Virus record (IMG/VR): IMGVR_UViG_3300033463_006479
Coordinates: 128,464-192,463 of that record
Length of the DNA: 64,000 nucleotides
Source of the DNA: a virus
Taxonomy: Duplodnaviria; Caudoviricetes
Strand: one strand, 5' to 3'
In this document: piece by piece, positions 35,834 to 46,081 of the stretch
How positions within the stretch are numbered: position 1 is the stretch's first letter
How the letters are laid out: each line of letters starts with the position of its first letter
Translations under genes and position numbers: made by a program
The notes under the pieces: model-generated
What the model was told of the DNA's origin: nothing
What the model saw: the letters and a program-made list of their open reading frames with translations, nothing else
Databases searched by the model: none

Positions 35834-36640
35834 TTAAAAAAGCGATTTTGTTTTTTCTTCAAGTCCTTCTATGTTTTCAACCAAAGCGTTTATGATTTGA
35901 TATTGTTTTAGTCGTTTCATAGCAATACCTTTGGTGTATTCTTTCCAATCAAATGTCTTGAAAAACTCTATAATTTCATTTTTTCTCGGATGCGTTATTT
36001 TTATTTTGTATTCACCAGAATAGTGCTCGTTATCATTAGTGAGAATTTTGCCAACAGTCCCGTTACCCCAATAGCACATTCTAATATCGTAATCTTTTAT
36101 GGATTCATATCCTTGTTTGTCCTGCCTATAAAACACAATTCCGTTAATATGCTTTTTTTCGGTTTCATTTATGCCACGCAATGGTCTTTTGTATATATTG
36201 AAACAGCAATGCAGGTTTCTTCCAGAATAAGACATTTCACCCAAATCTTCAGAATAAATCAAATCAAACTTATATAATGAGTTTGTGTTGTTCAACTGGC
36301 TTATCGGAAGAACAAATGCTATGTAGTCAGCAATATCAACTGACTTGTTATAGAAATCTGTTGCAAGTTTCAGTTTTTCTCCATAAGGCGGGTTTCCAAT
36401 GACAAGTCTGCCTTTTTTATATGCTATGTCAATGGAAAGATAATCGCCCTTTTCTATTCCGTCTGCCTCTGGCTCTATATCAATGGCACGACAATCCAAC
36501 TGATTTGAAAATGAGCCATTACCAGCTGAAGGCTCAATTATATCAGTTATATTGCCATAACCTATGATTTCAAACGTTTTGTCTATAAGACGTTTCGCCA
36601 AATCAACTGGAGTATAGTATTTGTCTAATAGCAGTTTCAC
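35834..36640 (-). CDS. N6-adenine DNA methyltransferase
   Basis: DKYYTP, IEPSAGNGSF, IGNPPYG. Confidence 0.88.
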   Translation of the reverse strand: MKLLLDKYYTPVDLAKRLIDKTFEIIGYGNITDIIEPSAGNGSFSNQLDCRAIDIEPEADGIEKGDYLSIDIAYKKGRLVIGNPPYGEKLKLATDFYNKSVDIADYIAFVLPISQLNNTNSLYKFDLIYSEDLGEMSYSGRNLHCCFNIYKRPLRGINETEKKHINGIVFYRQDKQGYESIKDYDIRMCYWGNGTVGKILTNDNEHYSGEYKIKITHPRKNEIIEFFKTFDWKEYTKGIAMKRLKQYQIINALVENIEGLEEKTKSLF

Positions 36641-36648
36641 GATTAAAA

Positions 36649-37053
36649 TTAAAGTTCAAAGTATGAGCAAACTGTATCATAAATAGCAGCCATACAAGCA
36701 TCACGCTTGTCTGTATAAACAAATCGGCTGTCAATGTCAAATTTGGCATCTTTCCAAGAAATCCGATATGTGACAGAAGTTTCAATATGCGTACCTTCAA
36801 TCTTGAAGTTTTCATTCGGCTTGTTCATAACTTCATATTCATTTGTTATGATGCCAGTGATTTTTCCCTTTGAAACGGTAACGACATCGTTCACATCGTC
36901 ATAACATTTGAAATACACCGTATCTCCGATTGAAAGTTCGTGCCACCCGAACTTGTTGTTCGTCTTTGTGTCATTGATTGCGTGTCTGCCAGCATCCATA
37001 ATGACACGGAGAGCGTTCTCCATTTTCTCAAAATTGCGTTTGTTATTGCCCAT
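36649..37053 (-). CDS. hypothetical protein
   Basis: Coupled ORF. Confidence 0.7.
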   Translation of the reverse strand: MGNNKRNFEKMENALRVIMDAGRHAINDTKTNNKFGWHELSIGDTVYFKCYDDVNDVVTVSKGKITGIITNEYEVMNKPNENFKIEGTHIETSVTYRISWKDAKFDIDSRFVYTDKRDACMAAIYDTVCSYFEL

Positions 37054-38098
37054 TGCGTATAAGTTTTTTTGATATTTTCTTTATGTTGGCTTTTACCTTG
37101 TCATCATAATCCAGAACTGTATCAACATATCGGTCAAGCATATCCTCAATGCTCACACACTCGCTCATATTGACTTTTTGTGAAACAACCTCCAACTTGC
37201 TTTTCTCTGGTATGAATGTTATGTTTTTAATTTCCTTGCAGTTGTTTGTGTATGCGTAAATCTTATGGAAACAGAACTTTGACAAAAGGTCAGAATCCAC
37301 AGTAATTTCCATATACTTGTTTTTGCAAAATTCCTTGAACTCGTAAAGCGTAAGTTCTTTAACATCGTCATAATGGACACGTTTGAACTCTGGTGAAATT
37401 TCATTTTTATAAAATGTTTCAACGCCGTCTTCGGAAACGCAAAGCACGCCTCTGTCGTTCTCCCTATCGTTTTGCGACATTTGATATGGAGAGCCAATAT
37501 AACACACATTCTTGTATTTCTGTCTGTGATGTATATGACCAGAATAAATCCTGCAACCAAGACCGACATTTTCAACCTTAACGTCAGATTCGGATTTTGT
37601 TCCAGATGCGTTCATTGTTATGCCATTGAAGTCTGCGTGACAAACAACCATATTGACACCAGACATCTTATGCAATTCGGCAGTAAGATTTTCGCTGTCA
37701 TTTATCCAAGGTACAAAACCTATCGTGCGGTTTCCGACAGAAAATTTTTGTGGTGTCTTTATGACACGAACATTCGGAATGTATTTCAAGCAATCGGTTG
37801 AAGATATGTCATTACTGTTGTTTTCATAGGCATCGTGATTTCCGCAAATAACAATGATTTGTGAGAAGAAATCGCCAAGGCGTTCAAAAACGGACATAGC
37901 GAAGTTCAATGTGGACAATCCGACAGTCTGGCGATTGTCAAAGACATCCCCGCAATGGATTAGGACATCTCCACGTTGCACTTTTTCATCAAATAAAGGA
38001 TATAGGAAGTTCTCGAAACAATCCTTGAATTGTTCCTCCCATACCTTTGAATTGTTCTTCAAGCCGAAATGTGTGTCGGAAATAAACCAGACGTTCAT
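37043..38098 (-). CDS. recombination nuclease (T4 gp47/SbcD/Mre11)
   Basis: SDTHFG, GDVFDNR, GNHD, SGHIH, YIGSPY. Confidence 0.92.
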   Translation of the reverse strand: MNVWFISDTHFGLKNNSKVWEEQFKDCFENFLYPLFDEKVQRGDVLIHCGDVFDNRQTVGLSTLNFAMSVFERLGDFFSQIIVICGNHDAYENNSNDISSTDCLKYIPNVRVIKTPQKFSVGNRTIGFVPWINDSENLTAELHKMSGVNMVVCHADFNGITMNASGTKSESDVKVENVGLGCRIYSGHIHHRQKYKNVCYIGSPYQMSQNDRENDRGVLCVSEDGVETFYKNEISPEFKRVHYDDVKELTLYEFKEFCKNKYMEITVDSDLLSKFCFHKIYAYTNNCKEIKNITFIPEKSKLEVVSQKVNMSECVSIEDMLDRYVDTVLDYDDKVKANIKKISKKLIRNGQ

Positions 38099-38584
38099 TT
38101 AGAAAAGTTTTGTCCACCCGTCATCACAGACAAGCAGGTTGTTTAACATTGCCTTGTTTGTAGTATATTTTGAAAGCTCCTCATATAACTTGACTTTTGC
38201 ACCATTCGGTAGGTCTTTAATGACCATATCATATTTGAGGTTGAAATAGTCACAATAGATAAGGAGTATGTTGCTTAATGATGTTATGTTCTTGAATATG
38301 ACATATATTTTAAGAAGGTTCATCGGTATCTCCGCTATTCCAAGTTTTCTGGAATCCACATTGAATATGTCATTGCAGTCACGGATGTCCATAGTCTTGA
38401 TATAGTTCACGACACTTTCCTCAATCTCATCAACCACACCGCCATAGTCGTTCACCGCAAACACATCCATATCATCGGCCATAACACGCTTCATTGATGA
38501 TATGCTGTCCGCTTCAGCAAAGGTATCTTTATCGTTATTGTAATAGATACCACGAAGTTTGTTAACGTCAATTCTTTTGCCCAT
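38099..38584 (-). CDS. hypothetical protein ending in TKLF
   Basis: Coupled ORF between helicase and gp47. Confidence 0.7.
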   Translation of the reverse strand: MGKRIDVNKLRGIYYNNDKDTFAEADSISSMKRVMADDMDVFAVNDYGGVVDEIEESVVNYIKTMDIRDCNDIFNVDSRKLGIAEIPMNLLKIYVIFKNITSLSNILLIYCDYFNLKYDMVIKDLPNGAKVKLYEELSKYTTNKAMLNNLLVCDDGWTKLF

Positions 38585-39266
38585 TCTTTACCATTTTGAA
38601 AAAGTCACCGATGGCTATATTCATAGTTTCACCAGTTTTTTTGTTACGCACACAAATCTCGGATTCGGCGCAAACGCATTTTCCGATATTTGACTGGCCG
38701 ACATAACAGACAAGTGTTTTTTCGTCATATCCACCAGTGAGCGAATCTATATATTTATAACCGCTTGGTATTTTCTTACTTGTGTCTTGATAATGGGATG
38801 ACGGCTCAAAAAAGTCAAGCCCCTCATCAAAATTAAAATTGACACCATTTGAAAGGCCGACCGTATCAACAATCTTCTGAACAACACTGTCAACATTGTC
38901 AATATTGACATTTGTCATTTTGGCAAACTCAATACTATCAACAAGGTTTTTCTGCAAATACTTCCATTTAATCCAAGCCTCCGCAGTCTTTTTCAACCAA
39001 TCGCTGTCATAGTTTTCCGTATCAATAGCATACACGGTATCAATGAGTTCATCATCAATGTCAATCTTCTCGCTGTCGTGTACGAGGGCTTTCATCTGAT
39101 TGGCCGTAGGTATTTCCTTATACTTGTCATAGAACCTTTTGGCAATGAGTATGAGTGCGGAAAGGGTCTTGTTTCCAAAAAAACTCTTGTCCACATTCCT
39201 ATAATATGTGGGGTTGTCCAAAATATATTTGAAAACAACGCTTTCGTTAGTCGTTACTTTCTCCAT
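38568..39266 (-). CDS. DnaB/gp41 helicase N-terminal half fused to a 36-aa N-intein (split gene)
   Basis: Walker A GQSNIGK followed directly by CVCAESEICVR...IGDFF and a stop (intein 38568-38678). Confidence 0.85.
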   Translation of the reverse strand: MEKVTTNESVVFKYILDNPTYYRNVDKSFFGNKTLSALILIAKRFYDKYKEIPTANQMKALVHDSEKIDIDDELIDTVYAIDTENYDSDWLKKTAEAWIKWKYLQKNLVDSIEFAKMTNVNIDNVDSVVQKIVDTVGLSNGVNFNFDEGLDFFEPSSHYQDTSKKIPSGYKYIDSLTGGYDEKTLVCYVGQSNIGKCVCAESEICVRNKKTGETMNIAIGDFFKMVKNGQKN

Positions 39267-39519
39267 CCCAAGGTGTCTTTATTATGGTTATTGTACCATT
39301 GTTCATTTTTATATAACCGTCATCCTGCAAAATTCCAAGGAGGTCTTGGATTGTTTCTTCCTCAACTTTTACAGCATCAAGCAATTTTTCATATTTGAAT
39401 TTAGAGCCGCATATAGTGGCCATTTCAAACAACAAATCGTTTGTTGTCGGGTATGATTCTTCGTATTGAAAAGTCCCCGTTATATATTTCACGGGGACTT
39501 TGTTATAGTTGATAGCCAT
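39247..39519 (-). CDS. small hypothetical (winged-helix-like) protein
   Basis: Coupled between recA-C and helicase. Confidence 0.65.
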   Translation of the reverse strand: MAINYNKVPVKYITGTFQYEESYPTTNDLLFEMATICGSKFKYEKLLDAVKVEEETIQDLLGILQDDGYIKMNNGTITIIKTPWDGESND

Positions 39520-40211
39520 TAGTCTTCAAGTTGGTCTTTGATGAGGTTATTGACATTGGTTTCGGAATCGTTCATACCTTCGTCATCGTCAAGTATGTTC
39601 TCAATGTCATCATTGTTCTTGCTATCGCTGTAAGCGAACAATTTTTTGATAACATTTTCGTCAAGGCGTTTCAACGCATTCTCATTCCACACCTTTGCCG
39701 AACATACTTCAGCCCATTTGAAAGGCTCGGTTTGAAAATCGGTACAAATGTATCTGCCAGCATCAGACGGATAGAAATACAAGTTTTCATCAAGCGGATG
39801 CTGTCTGCATTTTTCCTTTTCAACATCTGGAAGTTTTGAATAATCTTTGGTGTTGATAAATTTGCCACGACCGATTCCACAAGCATCCCAACTCATATAC
39901 TCCTGCAACCCAACATATTTGTTCATACCTTTCTGAAATGAAATGTGGAACTTGACAGGTCTCGGAACACAGAAGCGGTTTTTCTGCGGTTTGGCTGTAA
40001 CAATGATACCAGTCTGTTCAGTACCGCCATCCTCTTTGAGTTTGGCCTTTGACATATTCAAAATGATTGACGAACCATACAAAAGACCTGTATTATGATT
40101 AATAGCACCATTATCTGTAATATAATGTTGTACATCGGCAACAGTCAAATCATTTACTTTCGTACAAAAGTTTTCTTTTACACTTTTTACTTTTAATGTC
40201 TTTAATTGCAT
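39519..40211 (-). CDS. uvsX: C-intein (40 aa) + RecA/UvsX C-terminal extein
   Basis: VNDLTVADVQHYITDNGAINHN|TGLLYGSSII; KNRF. Confidence 0.9.
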   Translation of the reverse strand: MQLKTLKVKSVKENFCTKVNDLTVADVQHYITDNGAINHNTGLLYGSSIILNMSKAKLKEDGGTEQTGIIVTAKPQKNRFCVPRPVKFHISFQKGMNKYVGLQEYMSWDACGIGRGKFINTKDYSKLPDVEKEKCRQHPLDENLYFYPSDAGRYICTDFQTEPFKWAEVCSAKVWNENALKRLDENVIKKLFAYSDSKNNDDIENILDDDEGMNDSETNVNNLIKDQLED

Positions 40212-41163
40212 AATCAACTTCTTTTTTAATTGTTTGTATATTATTATTCTTAACAAATATATCATTTATTCGTATAATCCCCAAAATATCATCACGCAAA
40301 TTAAATATAACAGAATCTCGCAATTCATCATAATCTGAATTATGCCAATATGTTCCATCATATTCTAATATAATAATGCCGTCATCGTCAATTATATACC
40401 CATCACATACAATATATTGCTTATTATATTTAATAGATAATTCTGTATTTTGAACATTAATACCAAAATGAAGATGTTTAACCTCGAACATCAAAGAAGA
40501 TAAATTATCAAAAAAAGCATTCTCTTCTTTTGACGTATAAGGTGTCCGTTTATGCCAAAATTTATCTGGATTGTCTTTATATATTTTCTTTTTTTTATCA
40601 GATAATTCTTGAATATGTTTATAATAATCGTCTTCATTGGCATAACATTCTTTGCAAGAACAGTTGTACCTTTTTATCATTTGTTTAGCCTCGTCTTCAT
40701 TAAAACCAAGTTTTGTCCAGTAAGCAATAGACCAAGCAGACATTTTTGACAATTCTTCGTGCGTATATTTTTTATATTTTAATTCAGTAAATAATTTTTG
40801 AAATTCACTAACTTTTTCATTAGATTCCTTTTCAGAATACCCACGTGAGATATAATATTCTGGACATCGTTTACTATTTTTACGTTGTTGGATTGAAATA
40901 CGTTGTATTATATCACAATCGTCCGTCCAACCCATAGATTTCCAATAATCTACAGACACCAAACTTGAACCTTTTCCGCCACGTAAAGATTTCATATAAT
41001 TTGACATATTATCATACACGCTTCTCATACGTTTGGTTTTTGACTTTTTGAATATATCATATAAATGGTATATAAGTTCAATGTTGTTTATATTGATATT
41101 TGGAAATGCTTCAGATATGTATTTTTGAAAATCATTAAAATTTTTTATGTCATCGTATTTCAT
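40150..41163 (-). CDS. free-standing homing endonuclease (Vsr/DUF559-like)
   Basis: TSKEE, CDG, ILEYDGTYWH, D..RD; late promoter at 41178-41185; AT-rich. Confidence 0.8.
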   Translation of the reverse strand: MKYDDIKNFNDFQKYISEAFPNININNIELIYHLYDIFKKSKTKRMRSVYDNMSNYMKSLRGGKGSSLVSVDYWKSMGWTDDCDIIQRISIQQRKNSKRCPEYYISRGYSEKESNEKVSEFQKLFTELKYKKYTHEELSKMSAWSIAYWTKLGFNEDEAKQMIKRYNCSCKECYANEDDYYKHIQELSDKKKKIYKDNPDKFWHKRTPYTSKEENAFFDNLSSLMFEVKHLHFGINVQNTELSIKYNKQYIVCDGYIIDDDGIIILEYDGTYWHNSDYDELRDSVIFNLRDDILGIIRINDIFVKNNNIQTIKKEVDYAIKDIKSKKCKRKLLYESK

Positions 41164-41206
41164 CACACTTTTTATTTTATTTATAAAGTGCAATGCGGTG
41201 GGTTAT

Positions 41207-42175
41207 TTATGGAACAAATTGTTTTATTTCATCACCTTCAACTAAATCTTTTGCGTATATCCAATTTTTTTCATCATTAACATCACCATTTTCATCTCCA
41301 ATATAAAAACGATGGTCTTTAGAACAAGTAATAGCACTACCGTCCTCAAATTCAACAGTATATGTTGGCTTATTAAATTCCCAAGTATTTAAAATTTCAC
41401 GATTTCCACACAATGTCATAACACTATCGCCAACCTTAATATCTTCTATATTTTTATATAAACCATCAGACATTAAAACTTTTGAACCTGGAACCAAACA
41501 ACCACCAGATTGAATATCGGATGAATACAAGTCGAGTGATTTGTATGTATGGTTTGTGAAAATGAAACTGCCGCCAATGATACCGAGTTTGGACATCATA
41601 ATTCTGAATATGGATTTCATCATCTTGGCTCGGCTCATATCAGCCTTGTCAGAATATGCCTTGGCATCGTCAATCTCTTTTTGAGATGCGAGGTTTCCAG
41701 CACTATCAAGAGCAATGAAAAGTTTTGGTATTTCATTTCCGTTTTCTTTCTGCTCAACAAGCATATCAATAACATTTGTAACATTACTTCTAAACTCTTG
41801 AACTGTTTGCACTGGTTCATAACGAAACATAGATAAATCAATTCCGAATTTTTCAGCAAGGTCTCCATCAACTGCATTTTCACTATCGTAAAAAATGATA
41901 AAATATCCGAGTTTCTGTGCTTCACGGCACATATTCAGCAAAAGATACGTTTTGCCAGTTGAGTTCTCACCTGAAAGGCATACGCTTCTGTTGTTCGGAA
42001 TACCTTTCAGAAGGCTTCCGCTCATACAAGCGTTGAGCAGATAGTTTCCAGTTGATATGTACTCGGTTATTTTTGATGTGCCGCCGCCCTCGGAGAGCAG
42101 AGCACCGAACTTTGAATTTTTGCTCATTGCCTTGTTTAAGTCGGCAATGGAAAATACACCAGATTGTTTTGCCAT
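41207..42175 (-). CDS. uvsX: RecA/UvsX N-terminal extein + 97-aa N-intein
   Basis: ISTG, GENSTGKT, YDSE, LDS, FTNH, QSGG|CLVPGSKV...TCSKDHRF. Confidence 0.93.
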   Translation of the reverse strand: MAKQSGVFSIADLNKAMSKNSKFGALLSEGGGTSKITEYISTGNYLLNACMSGSLLKGIPNNRSVCLSGENSTGKTYLLLNMCREAQKLGYFIIFYDSENAVDGDLAEKFGIDLSMFRYEPVQTVQEFRSNVTNVIDMLVEQKENGNEIPKLFIALDSAGNLASQKEIDDAKAYSDKADMSRAKMMKSIFRIMMSKLGIIGGSFIFTNHTYKSLDLYSSDIQSGGCLVPGSKVLMSDGLYKNIEDIKVGDSVMTLCGNREILNTWEFNKPTYTVEFEDGSAITCSKDHRFYIGDENGDVNDEKNWIYAKDLVEGDEIKQFVP

Positions 42176-42204
42176 AATAAACTTTTTTCTAAATTTTACA
42201 AATA

Positions 42205-42540
42205 TTAAAAATCATAATCGCATTCTTCGTCTTCATCATCTTTGTCATCTTCCACTTCTTCATATTCATTGTCAGATGTCAAATCAACAACGCCGTCATT
42301 GACATAACCTATATATTTAAAAATCCCATTATAGCATTGAACTATATAATCTTCACTTCCGCTGAACGTATAGTTATTTCCGACTGTTGTGTCAATATGC
42401 AGACACAACTCAATTTTAGATTCATCAGAACCAGATTGTTTCGTTTCTGATTTGGTGATATATATACTTTCTATCGTTGGAAGTTCAAGCTGTATGAGTT
42501 TCCCATACGGAAATTCCTTTGATGCAACATTTATCCACAT
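42205..42540 (-). CDS. hypothetical protein, acidic C-terminus
   Basis: ORF after TTTTTATTATATT promoter at 42566. Confidence 0.7.
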   Translation of the reverse strand: MWINVASKEFPYGKLIQLELPTIESIYITKSETKQSGSDESKIELCLHIDTTVGNNYTFSGSEDYIVQCYNGIFKYIGYVNDGVVDLTSDNEYEEVEDDKDDEDEECDYDF

Positions 42541-42591
42541 AGTATTTAATTTTTTGGTACAATCTAATATAATAAAAAAATCGCAAAAATG

Positions 42592-43440
42592 TCAGAACAA
42601 TGTCTTCTTTTTGCAACCTTTCAGATATAAACTTTCATAAACAACACTGTCTTTCTTCCCGACAAACAACCTATTGAATGAACTATTGCCGCTTTGCAGA
42701 TATTCGTGGCTATCATACAAATGCTGTGGTACTTCATATGTGTTATCATCATCACCACTAACTCCATCAAAAGACAAAGCATAAGCACAATTCAAGCCGC
42801 TCATCCATTTCCACAAGGCATCGCAATCAATAGCACCATAATACATTCCTTTAGTTTTTGCATACGGAGGGTCAAGATAAACGAAATCATCTGGATTCGG
42901 ATTTATGTTAGAATATGGACAACATATAAATTCAACATTTTTATCATTTAACACACCATTCCATTCAATAAGAATATCACGCAATCCGTCTGGTACTATA
43001 CCGCATCGTGTAACGTGAAATGAATTGTTGAAATCCCCATCTGAATTGTATCTCGGCATACCATTTGTTACGGTACGCATTATGAACATAAAATCAAGCG
43101 GGTCGTGCATCTTATTGTAGCGTTCACGGATAGAATAGTAATATTCTTTTTTTTCTTCCAAATCTTTTTTGGAATTGAGTTCATTCCACAAACGGGTATA
43201 ATGTTCAAGTATGTCGTAAGGTCTGTACTTTATACAATTCCACAAGTCAATAAGCCCTTGGTTTATGTCACTGCATACATAATGTTTCACACGGATATCG
43301 CTTGACAACAATCTGCGCATAACAGAAGCACCTCCGCAGAACGGCTCGTAATAGGTTTCTATGTTTTTAGGAAAGAAACTTATTATGCTTTCCGCTTGGC
43401 TTCTTTTGCTGCCGCTCCATTTTATAACTGGTTCAAACAT
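42592..43440 (-). CDS. dam: Dam-family DNA adenine methyltransferase
   Basis: IKWSGSK, EPFCGGASV, YLDPPY. Confidence 0.92.
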   Translation of the reverse strand: MFEPVIKWSGSKRSQAESIISFFPKNIETYYEPFCGGASVMRRLLSSDIRVKHYVCSDINQGLIDLWNCIKYRPYDILEHYTRLWNELNSKKDLEEKKEYYYSIRERYNKMHDPLDFMFIMRTVTNGMPRYNSDGDFNNSFHVTRCGIVPDGLRDILIEWNGVLNDKNVEFICCPYSNINPNPDDFVYLDPPYAKTKGMYYGAIDCDALWKWMSGLNCAYALSFDGVSGDDDNTYEVPQHLYDSHEYLQSGNSSFNRLFVGKKDSVVYESLYLKGCKKKTLF

Positions 43441-43468
43441 TGTTTTCTTGATAAATGTTTCAATTCAA

Positions 43469-44089
43469 TCACCATACGTATTTGCTGAATTTAGGCAATT
43501 TGTTTTCTTTCAATTCTATTGGTGCGCCTTTTGCAAAATCTGTATTTCGTTTAACATTGGAAACATTCCAAGTGGATATGTTGCCGTCAAAATCTTTGGC
43601 ATTGTATAGCATCATATACATATTTCTAACATTGCTCACATCCCAACTTGAAATATCTTGATTGAACTTCTTTGTTTCGTAAAACATATAAGACATATTT
43701 CTGACCTTGCTTACATTCCATTTTGATATGTCGCCATTAAAACATCTGCATTGGTTAAACATCGCCTCCATATTCTCCACATTCCCAACATCCCATCCAG
43801 ACAAGTCCCCGTCAAACGGAGTTCGCTGAAACATACAGAACATATTTTTGACGTTGGAAACATCCCATTTTGAAACATCTCCGCAGAAATGTGTGCCAGC
43901 AAACAAGTTTGACATATCATCAATAGCGGAAACATCAATGTCATTCAAATCGCAGTTATAGCCATACTCTTTCATTCTCTTGAATGCCAGCTCAAACAAT
44001 TCATTCTTTGTTCTTGGGTAGAATTTGCCGTTGCGGTGAATCCGCATACTATCAAGTCTGGCTTTCGTTATTGGAGTTATATTTAACAT
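43469..44089 (-). CDS. BspA/DUF285 repeat protein
   Basis: DLNDIDVS, F.GDISKWNVS repeats; LNITPITKARL leader. Confidence 0.92.
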   Translation of the reverse strand: MLNITPITKARLDSMRIHRNGKFYPRTKNELFELAFKRMKEYGYNCDLNDIDVSAIDDMSNLFAGTHFCGDVSKWDVSNVKNMFCMFQRTPFDGDLSGWDVGNVENMEAMFNQCRCFNGDISKWNVSKVRNMSYMFYETKKFNQDISSWDVSNVRNMYMMLYNAKDFDGNISTWNVSNVKRNTDFAKGAPIELKENKLPKFSKYVW

Positions 44090-44634
44090 ATTTCTTTTCC
44101 TGCTTCAATGTTTTCAAGTATGCTGTCAAATTTGAGTCCGTGCAAACGGCGTTGTTCACGCAGCATTTTTTTCAAATCATTGTCATACAATTCATTTGCC
44201 TTGGAATATTCGCTCTCCAACACATAATCTTCCATTCTGCCGATTATTGACACGCATCTTCTGCTCAAATCAAGCAATTCAGATTCGATGCCACAACGAA
44301 GTTCGTTTGATTTGAATCCGTCATTATGATATTCCTTTGCCTTATATGGGAACTCATATTTTAACTTTCCGTCATCGTCAATTACAGCATAGCAGGTAAA
44401 CTGAAATGTGTTATTCAACTGATTTACCATATTCTTGAACTCACCGTCAAGAACCAAATCACATAGCATAGGTTGTAACTTTTTCTCATATTCCACAATA
44501 CGAAGTTTCAATGTGATAATGTAGTTAAAAAGTTTTGTCACATACTTGATACGCTGTTTGACGATTAATCTGTCTTGGTTTACGATTTTCCAAGTTTTTT
44601 TGAATGTGTAAATTAGGTCTTTGATTTTTTTCAT
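44083..44634 (-). CDS. hypothetical protein
   Basis: ORF after promoter motif at 44654. Confidence 0.7.
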   Translation of the reverse strand: MKKIKDLIYTFKKTWKIVNQDRLIVKQRIKYVTKLFNYIITLKLRIVEYEKKLQPMLCDLVLDGEFKNMVNQLNNTFQFTCYAVIDDDGKLKYEFPYKAKEYHNDGFKSNELRCGIESELLDLSRRCVSIIGRMEDYVLESEYSKANELYDNDLKKMLREQRRLHGLKFDSILENIEAGKEIC

Positions 44635-44712
44635 CTGATTTTCGCTTTTTAGTAATATAATAAAAAAATCAAAAAAATGAAACTCATTATAAATATACTT
44701 TGAAGATTTTTT

Positions 44713-45642
44713 TTGAAAATGAAAATTTACACAACAGACGAACTTATAAGAATACTGGAAAACAAGGCCGCATTGTTCAACGGAATGACACTTGACGAGG
44801 TTGCCGACAAATATGAGAACTTCAAAGGTAGCGACAAAGCACTGTTGCGTTCAGTCGCACGCCTTTTCCAGAAAATAAATTATACCGAGGACTATCTTGA
44901 TGTATTGAACACACTTCTTGATGACAAACGTGTGCGTAACATTATGCGTAAAGGTTTTGGCGGAAATTGGGGTGACACGACAATTCGTGTTTCAAGGAAT
45001 ATCACAAAAAGAACGGATTCCGTGTTCCCGACACAAAGCGAGATTGATATGAACAAAAGTTTGAAATGGGGATTGATAAACTATAACGGAACTGTGGATA
45101 AGCAAATACACGCAGAGCCGCCTATGCTGAAAGGTATTCCGATTATAACATTTAACGGCAAATACATACTTGACGGACACCACAGATGGTCACAAATTTA
45201 TTGTTTCAACAAAGTTAGGGATGGTGAACCGACAAAATTCGCAGCCATAAATTTCATAAATAAGGATATGCGTCCGCTTGACATATTGAAAGTCATACAG
45301 ACAACAATAGGTCTGGATTTGCAACCAGAAAAAATTGAGCCGCACGTTGCCAGCGAAAACCCGAAAACGAACTTGTTGAATGATGCTTGTACGGAAACCG
45401 AAGTCAGAAGCCTTGTTGAAGAACTGATAACGGATGAAACTGTTGATATTATGATAAAATTCCACAGCAGGGACGGCGTGAAAAACAAGATTTCCGCTAT
45501 GGACTTCATTATTGGGAATTGTATGGATATGAAAAAATACAACAACTGCATACGGAATGCACCCAATCGTGGGGCTATGCCACAGACCGATGCCGATGAC
45601 CAACTCATAAAAAACATCAAACAAACAACCGATTTGTCCTAA
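44713..45642 (+). CDS. ParB/Srx-domain protein
   Basis: FPTQSEI, PIITFNGKYILDGHHRW; TATAAATA at 44688. Confidence 0.8.
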   Translation: MKMKIYTTDELIRILENKAALFNGMTLDEVADKYENFKGSDKALLRSVARLFQKINYTEDYLDVLNTLLDDKRVRNIMRKGFGGNWGDTTIRVSRNITKRTDSVFPTQSEIDMNKSLKWGLINYNGTVDKQIHAEPPMLKGIPIITFNGKYILDGHHRWSQIYCFNKVRDGEPTKFAAINFINKDMRPLDILKVIQTTIGLDLQPEKIEPHVASENPKTNLLNDACTETEVRSLVEELITDETVDIMIKFHSRDGVKNKISAMDFIIGNCMDMKKYNNCIRNAPNRGAMPQTDADDQLIKNIKQTTDLS

Positions 45643-45660
45643 AAATATAACGCCATTATA

Positions 45661-46074
45661 ATGAACATTCTGAAATACAAAAACTTCGTGAATGAGAAAC
45701 TTAACATAAAGCCCGTCACAAAAACTTTGCTTACTGCAATAAAGGACGGGAAAAAAGGAATCAAAATATATCAAGACCGATGGGGACAAGCGTTTATCAG
45801 CGAAGCACCATTGGAATCAAAAAAACTGACTCATATTGATACAAAGTATTCGTTAAGTGATGTGGATGATTTTCTTGATAATGAACTCGAACCAACCAGC
45901 AAACTATATTCAGCCGCAATGATTCAAACCTTGCTGGATTATTTTGGATTTGAAAACATTGACGATATGATTGACGCTAAAATTGGGATGTTTGACCCAG
46001 ACACGATAAACGACACAATTCCGAAATACATAGAAACAGCAACCGACTGCGTTAGGTGGATTTTGAAACATTAG
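45661..46074 (+). CDS. hypothetical protein, EKLNIKPVTK leader family
   Basis: MNILKYKNFVNEKLNIKPVTK. Confidence 0.75.
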   Translation: MNILKYKNFVNEKLNIKPVTKTLLTAIKDGKKGIKIYQDRWGQAFISEAPLESKKLTHIDTKYSLSDVDDFLDNELEPTSKLYSAAMIQTLLDYFGFENIDDMIDAKIGMFDPDTINDTIPKYIETATDCVRWILKH

Positions 46075-46081
46075 ACGATTT

